A stretch of DNA of 32,000 bases from Candidatus Nanobsidianus stetteri (lineage in GTDB: Archaea > Nanobdellota > Nanobdellia > Nanobdellales > Nanobdellaceae). Position numbers and translations under genes: made by a program. Positions within the stretch are counted from its first letter, which is position 1. Every line of letters begins with the position of its first letter. Location of the stretch: assembly GCF_003086415.1 (NCBI RefSeq), contig NZ_QEFP02000006.1:1-32000 (forward strand), given 5' to 3'. The notes beneath the pieces are model-generated. The model was given only the letters and a program-made list of their open reading frames with translations, was not told where the DNA came from and did not search any database. Of this stretch, positions 1 to 6,822 are shown in pieces.

Positions 1-1189
1 AAATTGAAGGCATTACATCATTAGGTGGTAATGATCTTAATAAAACCCAATATAAGTATATATTATTACCCGAGTTTTGTTGTCCTATTGTTATTGGTAA
101 ACTAAATGAGCCAGGTATTGTTGTAGTACTCAATATTTGAGTATAATTTACTAAGAAATATGTATAACTACTAGAAAATCCAATTTCATATATTGTTGGA
201 GCATAATTATATGTTGTACTTCCTACATTAGAAGTCCCTACGTATAAATTAAATTTACCAGTATTTCCTGAATTGGGATATGTAAATGCAGCACCATTAT
301 TATTACCACCAGCTATAAGCCCACCTCCGCCACCAATGAAGTATGTATTTTTATTATTTGCTGCACCTACACCTAAACTTATATAATCCCAACTTGTACC
401 GCTTGTAGTTGGAACAGAAGCATAAATTTGTAATATATTATTTTGTATATTAAAGTTTACTGTTGTAGTAATACCTTCATTACCAGAAGATGAATATGGG
501 ATAATTGTATAATTTGTAGAAAAAGAAACACTATTTTGATTATTATATACATAAGTCCATGGTGAAGGTAATGAACTTAGATTTCCAAAGTTTTGATAAT
601 AATTAAATACTTTTTGTCCATTATCATATTGAGAAGTACCTAAAACTTGTATAGGTGCACCAACATATGGATAATATTGAGAATAATAATTGGCACTACT
701 ATTTCCTACATACATATATATTGTTACATTACTATTAGCAGGAATTCCTTGAGGTATGTTAACCCACCAAACATCACATGTAACTCCATTATAATTTAAT
801 TGTCCTTCATACCATGAATATAAAATATTTCCAGAACTATTTACAAAATAAACATTTTGTCCATTTGGATTTATTTGATTAAATAATGTTGCATTATTTA
901 TATATGCGAAATTAGGACCTATATTTATATTTCCATTACATATTGCTATATCTTGTTGAAATGAGGAAGGAGTTGGAATGTTTTGTGTATTTGATATCAA
1001 TATAGGATATACTCCAGAATCTGATGCAGCAACACAATAATATATATTTCCTTGAGGTAATGTTATACTATTTGTTTGAGCACTATTACTTCCAACAACA
1101 TTTCCTCCTATCTGTGAATATATACTAAATGTAGAAATTAATAATGGAAAACTTATTATAGTAAAGTATATTCTTTTCTTTATATCCAT
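1..1189 (-). CDS. Secreted protein, N-terminal part (ORF runs off the window start); DUF2341 / concanavalin-A-like lectin-type domain suspected
   Basis: ATG at 1189 on the minus strand. I checked this frame triplet by triplet down to position 2 and found no stop; it is missing from the ORF track only because it has no in-window stop. N-terminus MDIKKRIYFTIISFPLLISTFSIYSQ looks like a signal peptide. CDVWWVNIPQGIPANSNVTIYMYVGNSSANYYS resembles the DUF2341 signature (vWVkvP..tiYmYyGN). N/S/G/Y/T-rich composition. Confidence 0.6.
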   Translation of the reverse strand, partial: MDIKKRIYFTIISFPLLISTFSIYSQIGGNVVGSNSAQTNSITLPQGNIYYCVAASDSGVYPILISNTQNIPTPSSFQQDIAICNGNINIGPNFAYINNATLFNQINPNGQNVYFVNSSGNILYSWYEGQLNYNGVTCDVWWVNIPQGIPANSNVTIYMYVGNSSANYYSQYYPYVGAPIQVLGTSQYDNGQKVFNYYQNFGNLSSLPSPWTYVYNNQNSVSFSTNYTIIPYSSSGNEGITTTVNFNIQNNILQIYASVPTTSGTSWDYISLGVGAANNKNTYFIGGGGGLIAGGNNNGAAFTYPNSGNTGKFNLYVGTSNVGSTTYNYAPTIYEIGFSSSYTYFLVNYTQILSTTTIPGSFSLPITIGQQNSGNNIYLYWVLLRSLPPNDVMPSI

Positions 1190-1210
1190 AAGATATTAGA
1201 AAATATTGTC

Positions 1211-1218
1211 CAATATAA
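1211..1218 (-). promoter_or_regulatory. TATA-like box (TTTATATT on minus strand) for the secreted-protein gene
   Basis: Plus-strand AATATAAA at 1211-1218 lies exactly 21 nt from the ATG at 1189. The same spacing recurs at many genes in this window. Confidence 0.4.
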
Positions 1219-1262
1219 AATTATGATTATTAATAACCTTAATCATTTATAATAATCGAACC

Positions 1263-1335
1263 CGGGCCCGGGGGGATTCGAACCCCCGATCTTCGGGTTA
1301 AGAGCCCGACGCTTTACCAACTAAGCTACGGGCCC
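1263..1335 (-). tRNA. tRNA-Lys (anticodon CUU), 73 nt, no encoded CCA, no intron
   Basis: Minus-strand read: GGGCCCG TA GCTT AGTTGGTA AAGC G TCGGG CTCTTAA CCCGA AGATC GGGGG TTCGAAT CCCCC CGGGCCC G. Full cloverleaf with 7-bp acceptor, 4-bp D stem, 5-bp anticodon stem, loop C-U-CUU-A-A, and a canonical GTTCGAATC T arm. Confidence 0.92.
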
Positions 1336-1360
1336 AATATAAATTTTATGATAAAAAGAA

Positions 1361-1368
1361 ATTATAAA
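1361..1368 (-). promoter_or_regulatory. TATA-like box (TTTATAAT on minus strand) upstream of tRNA-Lys
   Basis: Plus-strand ATTATAAA at 1361-1368, 25 nt from the mature tRNA 5' end at 1335. This fits an archaeal TATA at about -26 with a very short leader. Confidence 0.35.
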
Positions 1369-1947
1369 TTATTCTATATTATAATCTTTTATTTCTGGTA
1401 TGAAATTTTTTATGATCTCTTTCTGTTCTTTACTTAAATTCAAATCTTTAATATTTATAGATATTTTCTTATTATTCTCATCAATATTTACATCAATATT
1501 ATTTTTAGAGATATTATATGTTATACTTAATATTCCCAAAATTTTTTCTTTTAAATCTGTAACTTCTCTATTTAATTTTATTACATATAACAGATCTTTA
1601 CCAGCATATGGATGGTTAAAATCTACAATAACCCTTCCACTATTTACAGATCTTATAATACCAACCATATTATCTACATTTACAACCAAATTTGGTATTG
1701 GATTTATATTTCTTTTATAAAATTCACTAATAGGTATTATTTTAATTAAACTTGGGTCTCTTTCTCCAAAAGGTCTTTTTAATAAAAAGCTATATTCTTT
1801 ACCATATTCTGCATTAACCAACTTTTCTTCAATTTCTTTATTCAATATATTATATCCTAAAGGTATTATTACCGGTTCATTTGTTTTTTCTAATAATCTA
1901 TTATCTTGATCATATATTGAATACTCAATCTCAACCCACTTTACCAT
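1369..1947 (-). CDS. FKBP-type peptidyl-prolyl cis-trans isomerase (archaeal SlyD-like, with insert-in-flap region)
   Basis: 192 aa. VIVDFNHPYAGKDLLYVIKL matches the FKBP VDFNHPLAGK motif. N-terminal V.I.Y...D......T and PFGERDP are typical of archaeal FKBPs. Confidence 0.85.
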   Translation of the reverse strand: MVKWVEIEYSIYDQDNRLLEKTNEPVIIPLGYNILNKEIEEKLVNAEYGKEYSFLLKRPFGERDPSLIKIIPISEFYKRNINPIPNLVVNVDNMVGIIRSVNSGRVIVDFNHPYAGKDLLYVIKLNREVTDLKEKILGILSITYNISKNNIDVNIDENNKKISINIKDLNLSKEQKEIIKNFIPEIKDYNIE

Positions 1948-1968
1948 TGATGAAAAATCTAAATAAAG

Positions 1969-1978
1969 TTTATATAAA
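1969..1978 (-). promoter_or_regulatory. TATA box TTTATATAAA (palindromic) upstream of the FKBP gene
   Basis: Lies 21 nt from the ATG at 1947. No purine-rich SD-like motif in between. Confidence 0.4.
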
Positions 1979-2042
1979 TTATTTAAAATTTTTGATTATC
2001 TAAAAAAGATAATTTTATTAATTTTATTTTCAAAAAAATTTA

Positions 2043-3116
2043 ATGGTTAATGATACGGAGATTTTTGATAAAGAACTAGAAGAATATCTAGCACAAGCAA
2101 CAAAGAGAATAAAAGTTATCGGATGTGGCGGTGGTGGAAGTAATACAATTTCTACATTATATAGTATGGGAATTGAAGGCCCAGAACTAATAGCAGTAAA
2201 TACTGATGTTAGACATTTGTTAATAACAAAAGCACATAAAAAAATATTGGTAGGAAAACAATTAACAAAAGGTTTGGGTGCAGGAAAAGATCCTAAAGTT
2301 GGAGAGGAAGCTGCAAAAGAATCTGAGCAAGAATTGAAAAAAGCAATAGAAGGTTCTGATGTTGTATTTATAACCTGTGGTCTAGGTGGAGGAACTGGAG
2401 GTGGTGTAGCTCCAGTTGTTGCTGAAATTGCAAAAAAGATGGGAACATTGGTAATTGCTATATGTACATGGCCTTTCTCCGTAGAAGGTGCAAATATATG
2501 GGATAATGCTTTATATTCTTTAGAAAAAATGGAAAATAATGTTGATTTATTGGTAATTATTCCAAATGATAAATTACAAGCTTTATATCCAAATATTCCA
2601 TTGATGCAGGCATTTAAAGTTGCAGATTCATTATTAGCAAATGCATTAAAAGATCTAACAGAATTATTAACGAAACCAGGATATATAAATGTAGATTTTG
2701 CAGATTTTAGATCAATTGTATCTGGTTCTGGATATGGTGTATTTGGAGTTGGAGAATCAAATTCAGAAAATAAAGCTACAGAAGCTGTTCAAAGAGCATT
2801 AAATAATCCATTAGTTGATGTAGATGCAACAGGAGCAAAAGCTGCATTGGTAAGAATTGTTGCATCACCAGATGTAACACCTACAGATATAAATAAAATA
2901 TTAGATACAGTAAAATCTGTATTAGATCCAAAAGCAAAAATAATACAAGGTATTACATTTGAAGAAGATAAAAAGAACTATGTAAGAGTATCATTAACAA
3001 TTACAAAATTAAAAGCTCCTCCATCATTTGTATTAGGAATAAAATCTGGTGAAAAAGAATTAAAACCTGAGGAACAGAAAAAGCTAGAAAGCGACCTTGG
3101 AATTGAAGTTATTTAG
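2043..3116 (+). CDS. ftsZ: Cell division protein FtsZ
   Basis: 357 aa. GCGGGGSN nucleotide-binding N-terminus and tubulin signature GLGGGTGGG. NTD...A motif and a C-terminal variable tail. Confidence 0.95.
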   Translation: MVNDTEIFDKELEEYLAQATKRIKVIGCGGGGSNTISTLYSMGIEGPELIAVNTDVRHLLITKAHKKILVGKQLTKGLGAGKDPKVGEEAAKESEQELKKAIEGSDVVFITCGLGGGTGGGVAPVVAEIAKKMGTLVIAICTWPFSVEGANIWDNALYSLEKMENNVDLLVIIPNDKLQALYPNIPLMQAFKVADSLLANALKDLTELLTKPGYINVDFADFRSIVSGSGYGVFGVGESNSENKATEAVQRALNNPLVDVDATGAKAALVRIVASPDVTPTDINKILDTVKSVLDPKAKIIQGITFEEDKKNYVRVSLTITKLKAPPSFVLGIKSGEKELKPEEQKKLESDLGIEVI

Positions 3117-3546
3117 ATTTTTCTATTAATTTTAAGCTATTTATAGGTACATTTAATTGTAAAGGAACTGGAACATCAATTAATTCTATTGTTACTTCCT
3201 TTTTCTTTTCATCTATATTTATTATTTTTCCTCTAGTTCCTTTAAATGCTCCAGATAATACTTCTACTATATCATTTATGTCATATTTAACTTTTTCTTC
3301 TTCAAAGTATTTCAATAAATCTTCTATTGGAATTTCTTGAGGTATTACTCTTTTAACATGTCTTATCCCCAATACAGCTCTCTGTAATTCTAAAGAATTC
3401 GTTGTTTCGACAAATAGATATCCTTTTACACCAGGTATTTGCATTATAGAATATATAGCATACTTTCCATTTTTTCCTTCACTTGCTAAAATATCTGCAA
3501 CAAGTTCTTCTCTTCCAGATGTTACAACTATGGCGTATATTGGCAT
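3109..3546 (-). CDS. spt5: Transcription elongation factor Spt5 (archaeal NusG)
   Basis: 145 aa. NGN-like N-terminus (IYAIVVTSGREELVADIL, KGYLFVET) and a C-terminal KOW-like segment (DIVEVLSGAFKGTRGKIINID). Follows secE as in the conserved secE-nusG pair. Its 3' end overlaps the ftsZ 3' end by 8 nt (convergent). Confidence 0.85.
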   Translation of the reverse strand: MPIYAIVVTSGREELVADILASEGKNGKYAIYSIMQIPGVKGYLFVETTNSLELQRAVLGIRHVKRVIPQEIPIEDLLKYFEEEKVKYDINDIVEVLSGAFKGTRGKIINIDEKKKEVTIELIDVPVPLQLNVPINSLKLIEKSK

Positions 3547-3713
3547 ATCATTATACTATACTGTAAACTTATAAATATAGGCAATACAATAGCTGCAACT
3601 AATGCAAAGAATAATAATGTAACATAAACCAATTTCTTTACTTCATCCCAGGTAGGTTTATTAGCTGTTTCATATATTTCCTTCATTTCCCTTATACTAT
3701 CAATAATACCCAT
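3528..3713 (-). CDS. secE: Protein translocase subunit SecE / Sec61-gamma
   Basis: 61 aa. ANKPTWDEVKKLVYVTLLFFALVAAIVLPIF has the typical KP.W.E motif followed by a single TM helix. Sits immediately upstream of spt5 with a 19-nt overlap. Confidence 0.7.
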   Translation of the reverse strand: MGIIDSIREMKEIYETANKPTWDEVKKLVYVTLLFFALVAAIVLPIFISLQYSIMICQYTP

Positions 3714-3723
3714 CTATATAATC

Positions 3724-3741
3724 TTTAAAATATATTTTAAA
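3724..3741. promoter_or_regulatory. Perfect 18-bp palindrome TTTAAAATATATTTTAAA: two crossed TATA boxes for divergent secE and rpl11
   Basis: Centred in the 39-nt divergent spacer (3714-3752). The TTTAAAAT half-sites lie 21 nt (rpl11 ATG at 3753) and 20 nt (secE ATG at 3713) from their start codons. Confidence 0.4.
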
Positions 3742-3752
3742 AACAAATCTAT

Positions 3753-4232
3753 ATGGGCAAGGAAGTTATAGAATTATTAGTAGAAGGTGGAAATGCTAAA
3801 CCAGGACCAAATATAGGACCAAAATTGAGTCAATTAAAATTAAACGTTGGAGAAGTAATAAGTAAGATAAATGAAGCAACGAAAGAATTCAAAGGTTTAC
3901 AAGTACCTGTAAAAATAATAGTAGATACAGAAACAAGAAAATATGAAATAGAGGTAGGATTACCACCAACATCATCATTATTAAAAAGAGAAGCAAATAT
4001 AGAAGTTGCAAAAAGAACAAAACCAGATGAAGTAGTTGGAAATGTTACAATGGAACAAATAATAAAAGTTGCAAAAATGAAAATGAAAGATTTAAATACT
4101 ACTAATTTAAAATCTGCAGTAAAAATGGTTTTGGGGACAGCTTTATCTATGGGATTAACAGTAAATAATAGAAATCCAAAAGAATTAATAAAAGAAGTAG
4201 ATCAGGGTTTGTATGATAATCTATTAAAATGA
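3753..4232 (+). CDS. rpl11: 50S ribosomal protein uL11
   Basis: 159 aa. GGNAKPGPNIGPKL and VPVKIIVDTETRKYEIEVGLPPTS are classic L11 motifs. Conserved L11-L1-L10 context. Confidence 0.95.
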   Translation: MGKEVIELLVEGGNAKPGPNIGPKLSQLKLNVGEVISKINEATKEFKGLQVPVKIIVDTETRKYEIEVGLPPTSSLLKREANIEVAKRTKPDEVVGNVTMEQIIKVAKMKMKDLNTTNLKSAVKMVLGTALSMGLTVNNRNPKELIKEVDQGLYDNLLK

Positions 4233-4233
4233 T

Positions 4234-4386
4234 ATGTTTGATATTTTAAGTTTTTTTATTGGTCTAATATCCGGGATAATTATATCATTTATTATAATCT
4301 TTTTGATTATAAGACATTATATAAAGAAATACTTCTCATCTAAAAAATCAATAAAGGATATTATAGAACTATTCGCTAAAAAATAA
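4234..4386 (+). CDS. Possible small single-pass membrane protein (50 aa), not in the ORF track
   Basis: ATG at 4234, one nt after the rpl11 stop; TAA at 4384-4386. Translation is MFDILSFFIGLISGIIISFIIIFLIIRHYIKKYFSSKKSIKDIIELFAKK, one hydrophobic helix then a basic tail. It fills the otherwise empty L11-L1 spacer. Confidence 0.35.
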   Translation: MFDILSFFIGLISGIIISFIIIFLIIRHYIKKYFSSKKSIKDIIELFAKK

Positions 4387-4417
4387 TTTTTAAATATATT
4401 CTATATTTCTTTTTTCT

Positions 4418-5071
4418 ATGGATGTTAAAAGTATCCAATCACTTATAGAAAAATCAAAAAAGAGAAGATTTAAACAAACAGTAGAGTTAATAATTAATTT
4501 AAAGAAAGAATATGATTTGAACAAAAGCGAAAATAGATTTACGGAATATGTTGAATTACCTAAAGGTAGAGGGAAGAAAATAAAAATTGCTGCAGTTGTT
4601 GGACCAGAATTAGAAAAACCTGCAAAAGAAATATTTGATTTTGTATTAGTTAAAGATAAAATAAAGGAAATTTCTGAAAATAAGAGGGAAGCAAAAAAAT
4701 TGGTTAGAAGATATTATATTTTTGTAGCACAAGCATCAACCATGGCAGATCTAGGAAGATATTTGGGTAAATATCTATCTACAAAAAATAAAATGCCAAA
4801 CCCAAAATATGGAATGATAATTCCAGATAATACAAATCAAGATTTCTTAAGATCAATTTATAATAGATTACAAAATATGGTTAGAATTGTTGTAAAGAAT
4901 CATAAAACAATTGGTATACCAATTGGAACTGAAGATATGAAGTATGAAGATATATTGGAAAATGCCAATCATGTACTAGAATATTTTATTAATAGGGTTC
5001 CTGGAAATAAGAATAGTATAAAGAGTGTTTATATAAAGCTAACAATGAGCGATTCTATAAGAATAGTGTAA
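4418..5071 (+). CDS. rpl1: 50S ribosomal protein uL1
   Basis: 217 aa. KRRFKQTVELIINLK and the FVAQASTMADLGRYLGKYL region are typical of L1. Conserved position between L11 and L10. Confidence 0.9.
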   Translation: MDVKSIQSLIEKSKKRRFKQTVELIINLKKEYDLNKSENRFTEYVELPKGRGKKIKIAAVVGPELEKPAKEIFDFVLVKDKIKEISENKREAKKLVRRYYIFVAQASTMADLGRYLGKYLSTKNKMPNPKYGMIIPDNTNQDFLRSIYNRLQNMVRIVVKNHKTIGIPIGTEDMKYEDILENANHVLEYFINRVPGNKNSIKSVYIKLTMSDSIRIV

Positions 5072-5072
5072 A

Positions 5073-5936
5073 ATGGTATCCCAACAAAAGATATTATATG
5101 TAAACGATTTATATTCTAAATTATCAAATTCTAAGGTAATTGGAATAGCAAATATAATGGATATTCCAACAAATTCTTTACAGGTAATTAGAAAAAAGCT
5201 AAAAGAAATGGGTATTGATGTTAAAGTTGTTAAAAAGAACCTTTTCGTTAAAGCTTTAGAAAGAATTAATGATCCAAATATTAAAAAGATGATAGATATA
5301 ATTGAAGAAAATAAAAGAATTACAGTTCTATTAATATTACCAAAAGAGGAAATAAATCCATTCTTATTAAACAAAATATTGGAAGAAAACAAGAGTTATA
5401 GATCAGCTAAAGAGGGAGATATATTGGAAGAGGATGTAATAATAAGAGCTGGGCCAACAAATTTAACACCTGGTCCTGTATTAACTGAATTAAAGAAATA
5501 CAATATAAAAACAAAGGTTGAAAATGGAAAAATTGTTATAACTGAAGATACGGTAGTAGCAAAAAAAGGTCAAAAAGTCGATAGTGGATTGGTATCATTA
5601 TTACAGAAATTTAATATAACTCCAATACCTGTAAAAATAAAATTATTATTAGTATATGATGGAAAAACATTATATACATATGATATATTATCAACTCCTT
5701 TAGAAGAATATATAAATCAATTAAGATCTGGATTTAGAAAAGCTATATTATTGGCAGTAGAAATTTCATTCCCAACAAAAGAAAATATAAAGATATTATT
5801 AACAAAAGCATATCAAAACTTAGTAAAATTATCATTAAATACTGGAATACCAACAAAAGATACAATAGAAGAACTATTAAAAATTGCAAACAGAAGATCT
5901 ATAACATTAAAAGAAAAATTAAATATTAAAGAATAG
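5073..5936 (+). CDS. rplP0: 50S ribosomal stalk protein uL10 (P0), lacking the usual acidic linker and C-terminal tail
   Basis: 287 aa. N-terminal L10 domain, inserted domain (AGPTNLTPGPVLTELKKYNIKTKVENGKIVI) and spine-helix repeats (FPTKENIKILLTKAYQNLVKLSL / IPTKDTIEELLKIANRRSITL). Ends ...KEKLNIKE with no acidic/Ala-rich stretch or terminal LF-type motif. Confidence 0.85.
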   Translation: MVSQQKILYVNDLYSKLSNSKVIGIANIMDIPTNSLQVIRKKLKEMGIDVKVVKKNLFVKALERINDPNIKKMIDIIEENKRITVLLILPKEEINPFLLNKILEENKSYRSAKEGDILEEDVIIRAGPTNLTPGPVLTELKKYNIKTKVENGKIVITEDTVVAKKGQKVDSGLVSLLQKFNITPIPVKIKLLLVYDGKTLYTYDILSTPLEEYINQLRSGFRKAILLAVEISFPTKENIKILLTKAYQNLVKLSLNTGIPTKDTIEELLKIANRRSITLKEKLNIKE

Positions 5937-5956
5937 TCTTTTTTAGTATTTTTTGG
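5937..5956 (+). terminator. Oligo-T tracts (archaeal intrinsic terminator-like) after rplP0
   Basis: Two T6 runs (5939-5944 and 5949-5954) lie directly after the TAG stop at 5934-5936. Confidence 0.35.
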
Positions 5957-6030
5957 AATATTTGGGATTTATTTTTTAGTGGGTACATTATTAGTAAAAT
6001 TCGTAAATATTTCCCTAATTATTATCATAT

Positions 6031-6657
6031 ATGATGTATATGAAACCACAAAAAAGTCGCAAATTATCTTATAAATTTACAATAAGAAACCTTGAAAGTA
6101 TATTAGAACTGCTTGATGATGTAAAACCCGTATTAATAGGTAAAATAGCTATAGTTGTGTATGAACATTATTATAGTTTACCTTATAATAGAAAATTCAA
6201 ATATATAGAGCTTGCAATAAGCAAACGTAAAAAGAAACATATAAAAGAAATATTATATACGCAAAAAACAAAATATAATGAATATGGCGATAATATTGAA
6301 ATCGAATATAAAGAGGGTCCTAGCGTAATTATATTATTTAAAGACAAGAAAATACCGTATAATGAAATAGAAATAGAACGAAAGATAATAAAAAAGAAGA
6401 AAATAAAATTATATGTAGCTAAACTTGAATATCTATATGTAGACAAAATATTTACATATTTAAATGAAAAAAAGGACTTCTATAGTATAAAAGTACTAGG
6501 CTATTTAATGAACGAATATGGTTATGATAAAGAATTGCTTGAAAATATATTCAACGAATATTCTAAAAAATATCCAGAATACTCTTTGGAAGCTAGGAAT
6601 ATTATGGAAAAAATATTAAAAGAGGTAAAAAAGTCAGATATATTAGATATATTATAA
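6031..6657 (+). CDS. Hypothetical protein (possible degenerate nucleotidyltransferase-fold protein)
   Basis: 208 aa, K/E/Y-rich. VLIGKIAIVVYEH...KYIELAISKR and LYVAKLEYLYVDKI loosely recall the MNT/AbiEii-type layout (GG.A....R.T.DIDL ... K), but the catalytic Asp residues are not evident. Start could be any of three ATGs at 6031, 6034 or 6040. Confidence 0.55.
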   Translation: MMYMKPQKSRKLSYKFTIRNLESILELLDDVKPVLIGKIAIVVYEHYYSLPYNRKFKYIELAISKRKKKHIKEILYTQKTKYNEYGDNIEIEYKEGPSVIILFKDKKIPYNEIEIERKIIKKKKIKLYVAKLEYLYVDKIFTYLNEKKDFYSIKVLGYLMNEYGYDKELLENIFNEYSKKYPEYSLEARNIMEKILKEVKKSDILDIL

Positions 6658-6673
6658 AAAATATTGCAGAATT

Positions 6674-6730
6674 TTTATCAGCGTAGCCGTATTCATCATT
6701 TTTCAGTTTCAAGCCAACCACATCATTATT
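6674..6730 (-). ncRNA. C/D box sRNA (2'-O-methylation guide)
   Basis: Minus-strand read: C box AUGAUGU (6726-6720), guide GGUUGGCUUGAAA (13 nt), D' CUGA (6706-6703), spacer AAA, C' AUGAUGA (6699-6693), guide AUACGGCUACG (11 nt), D CUGA (6681-6678). Local G+C is higher than the flanks. The D guide contains UACGGCUAC, the reverse complement of the conserved archaeal SSU rRNA 3'-domain sequence GUAGCCGUA. Confidence 0.7.
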
Positions 6731-6732
6731 CT

Positions 6733-6784
6733 TCCCTACCTGGAGGAACTGGTTCATATATCCCCAGTGCATGGCAGGTAGGGA
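6733..6784 (-). ncRNA. Structured hairpin, possible L7Ae-binding / H/ACA-like RNA element (strand and function uncertain)
   Basis: 10-bp perfect outer stem (6733-6742 TCCCTACCTG / 6775-6784 CAGGTAGGGA). Internal loops of 5 and 6 nt, a 5-bp inner stem (6748-6752 / 6764-6768) and an 11-nt loop. On the minus strand the loop reads GGAUAUAUGAA, giving tandem G.A/A.G next to the stem (K-loop-like), and AGA follows the outer stem just before the C box of the neighbouring sRNA. Confidence 0.3.
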
Positions 6785-6814
6785 TAAAATTATAATATTT
6801 TTATGATTTAAAAT

Positions 6815-6822
6815 TTTTATAT
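6815..6822 (+). promoter_or_regulatory. TATA-like box TTTTATAT upstream of the recombinase gene
   Basis: 21 nt separate it from the ATG at 6844. Confidence 0.4.

Noticed and set aside
1400-1720. 106-aa plus-strand ORF
   Set aside because: Antisense shadow of the FKBP gene. F/L/I/S-rich nonsense-like sequence.
1948-1953. TGATGA motifs as further C/D box sRNAs (also 25708-25714, 26174-26180, and the minus-strand CTGATG near 21540)
   Set aside because: None has correctly spaced D'/D CUGA boxes 11-13 nt downstream or a second C' box.
5039-5392. 117-aa minus-strand ORF
   Set aside because: Antisense to rplP0, which has clear homology. Shadow ORF.
6733-6784. Hairpin as a split-tRNA half, T-arm relic or Xer dif site
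   Set aside because: GGTTCATATATCC only superficially resembles a T arm (11-nt loop, 4-5-bp stem) and there are no acceptor or anticodon features. dif sites are ~28-bp inverted arms with a 6-8-bp spacer, not a 10-bp stem with 32 intervening nt.
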